Origin: Erysipelotrichaceae bacterium
GTDB taxonomy: Bacteria; Bacillota_I; Bacilli_A; Erysipelotrichales; Erysipelotrichaceae
Assembly: GCA_030531215.1 (NCBI GenBank)
Contig: JAUNNY010000004.1
Location: 18,794-82,793 of the forward strand
Length of the DNA: 64,000 nt
Direction of reading: 5' to 3'
A model generated the notes under the pieces. That model was given only the letters and a program-made list of their open reading frames with translations, did no database searches and was not told the DNA's origin. Below, in pieces: positions 63,941 to 64,000 of this stretch (positions within the stretch are counted from its first letter, which is position 1; each line of letters opens with the position of its first letter). A program made the translations under genes and the position numbers.

Positions 63941-64000
63941 TTTGGTGTCCCTGAATAGAATGTACTATCATCAGCGCCCTTTAGCGTAAAACCTGAGTTA
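63941..64000 (-). rRNA. 5S rRNA-like 3' half (partial at window edge; possibly short or degenerate)
   Basis: Minus strand ..AACTCAGGTTTTACGCTAAAGGGCGCTGATGATAGTAC..CAGGGACACCAAA. Compare E. coli 5S ..GAACUCAGAAGUGAAACGCCGUAGCGCCGAUGGUAGU..AGGGAACUGCCAGG. The helix IV region appears about 15 nt shorter. Confidence 0.4.

Noticed and set aside
63955-63975. Hammerhead-like CUGAUGA on the minus strand.
   Set aside because: No GAAA core or compatible stems I-III follow it. The heptamer is better explained as the conserved GCGC(C/U)GAUG(G/A)UAGU segment of 5S rRNA.
63916-63999. Possible C-terminal fragment of a minus-strand CDS entering from the right edge (..NSGFTLKGADDSTFYSGTPKRKNKANY*).
   Set aside because: Only 27 codons are visible, it has no recognisable domain, and it coincides with the 5S-like similarity. 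It cannot be excluded without sequence beyond 64000.
1-64000. Mollicutes-type genetic code (UGA = Trp), given the very AT-rich sequence.
   Set aside because: All long housekeeping ORFs are intact under the standard code. The only tRNA-Trp has anticodon CCA, and peptidoglycan synthesis genes are present.
1-64000. CRISPR arrays, IS elements, prophage or integrative elements next to the tRNA genes, and known defence systems.
   Set aside because: I saw no regularly spaced direct repeats. I saw no transposase, integrase, recombinase, restriction-modification, Cas or phage structural gene signatures, and no duplicated tRNA 3' ends that would mark att sites. An exhaustive repeat search was not possible by eye.

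Overview
AT-rich, standard-code Bacillota chromosome segment. Synteny blocks cysS-mrnC-rlmB-sigH, cdaA-cdaR-glmM and ftsE-ftsX-M23-ctp suggest an Erysipelotrichales/Clostridia-like anaerobe, but the taxon cannot be assigned from sequence alone. I call about 68 protein genes, five of them tiny and speculative. 54 are on the minus strand, tightly packed with many 1-11 nt start/stop overlaps. Seven intact tRNA genes, Leu(CAG), Trp(CCA), Asn(GUU)+Glu(UUC), Lys(CUU) and Ile(GAU)+Ala(UGC), all lie on the plus strand, each with a recognisable promoter and/or terminator. A Leu (CUU) T-box leader precedes leuS. Content is overwhelmingly housekeeping: translation, tRNA/rRNA modification, peptidoglycan precursor synthesis, c-di-AMP signalling, division, membrane lipids and transporters. 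I found no CRISPR array, transposase, integrase, phage gene or recognisable defence gene, and no convincing novel multi-gene system. The points most worth a second look are: (1) a degenerate, inverted tRNA-Ala relic plus a 5S-like fragment at the right edge; (2) an 11-ORF run linking cdaA-cdaR-glmM to a two-component system, an atypical membrane-anchored MurF-like ligase, a Ddl with an omega-loop insertion and a sortase B; (3) an XRE-TM-RCC1-Fn3 membrane regulator with an overlapping GYF-like micro-gene; (4) a strongly expressed-looking 29-aa cationic hydrophobic peptide beside an uncharacterised small-membrane-protein operon; (5) clustered cre-like operators. All protein family calls come from motif recognition by eye and need HMM/BLAST confirmation.
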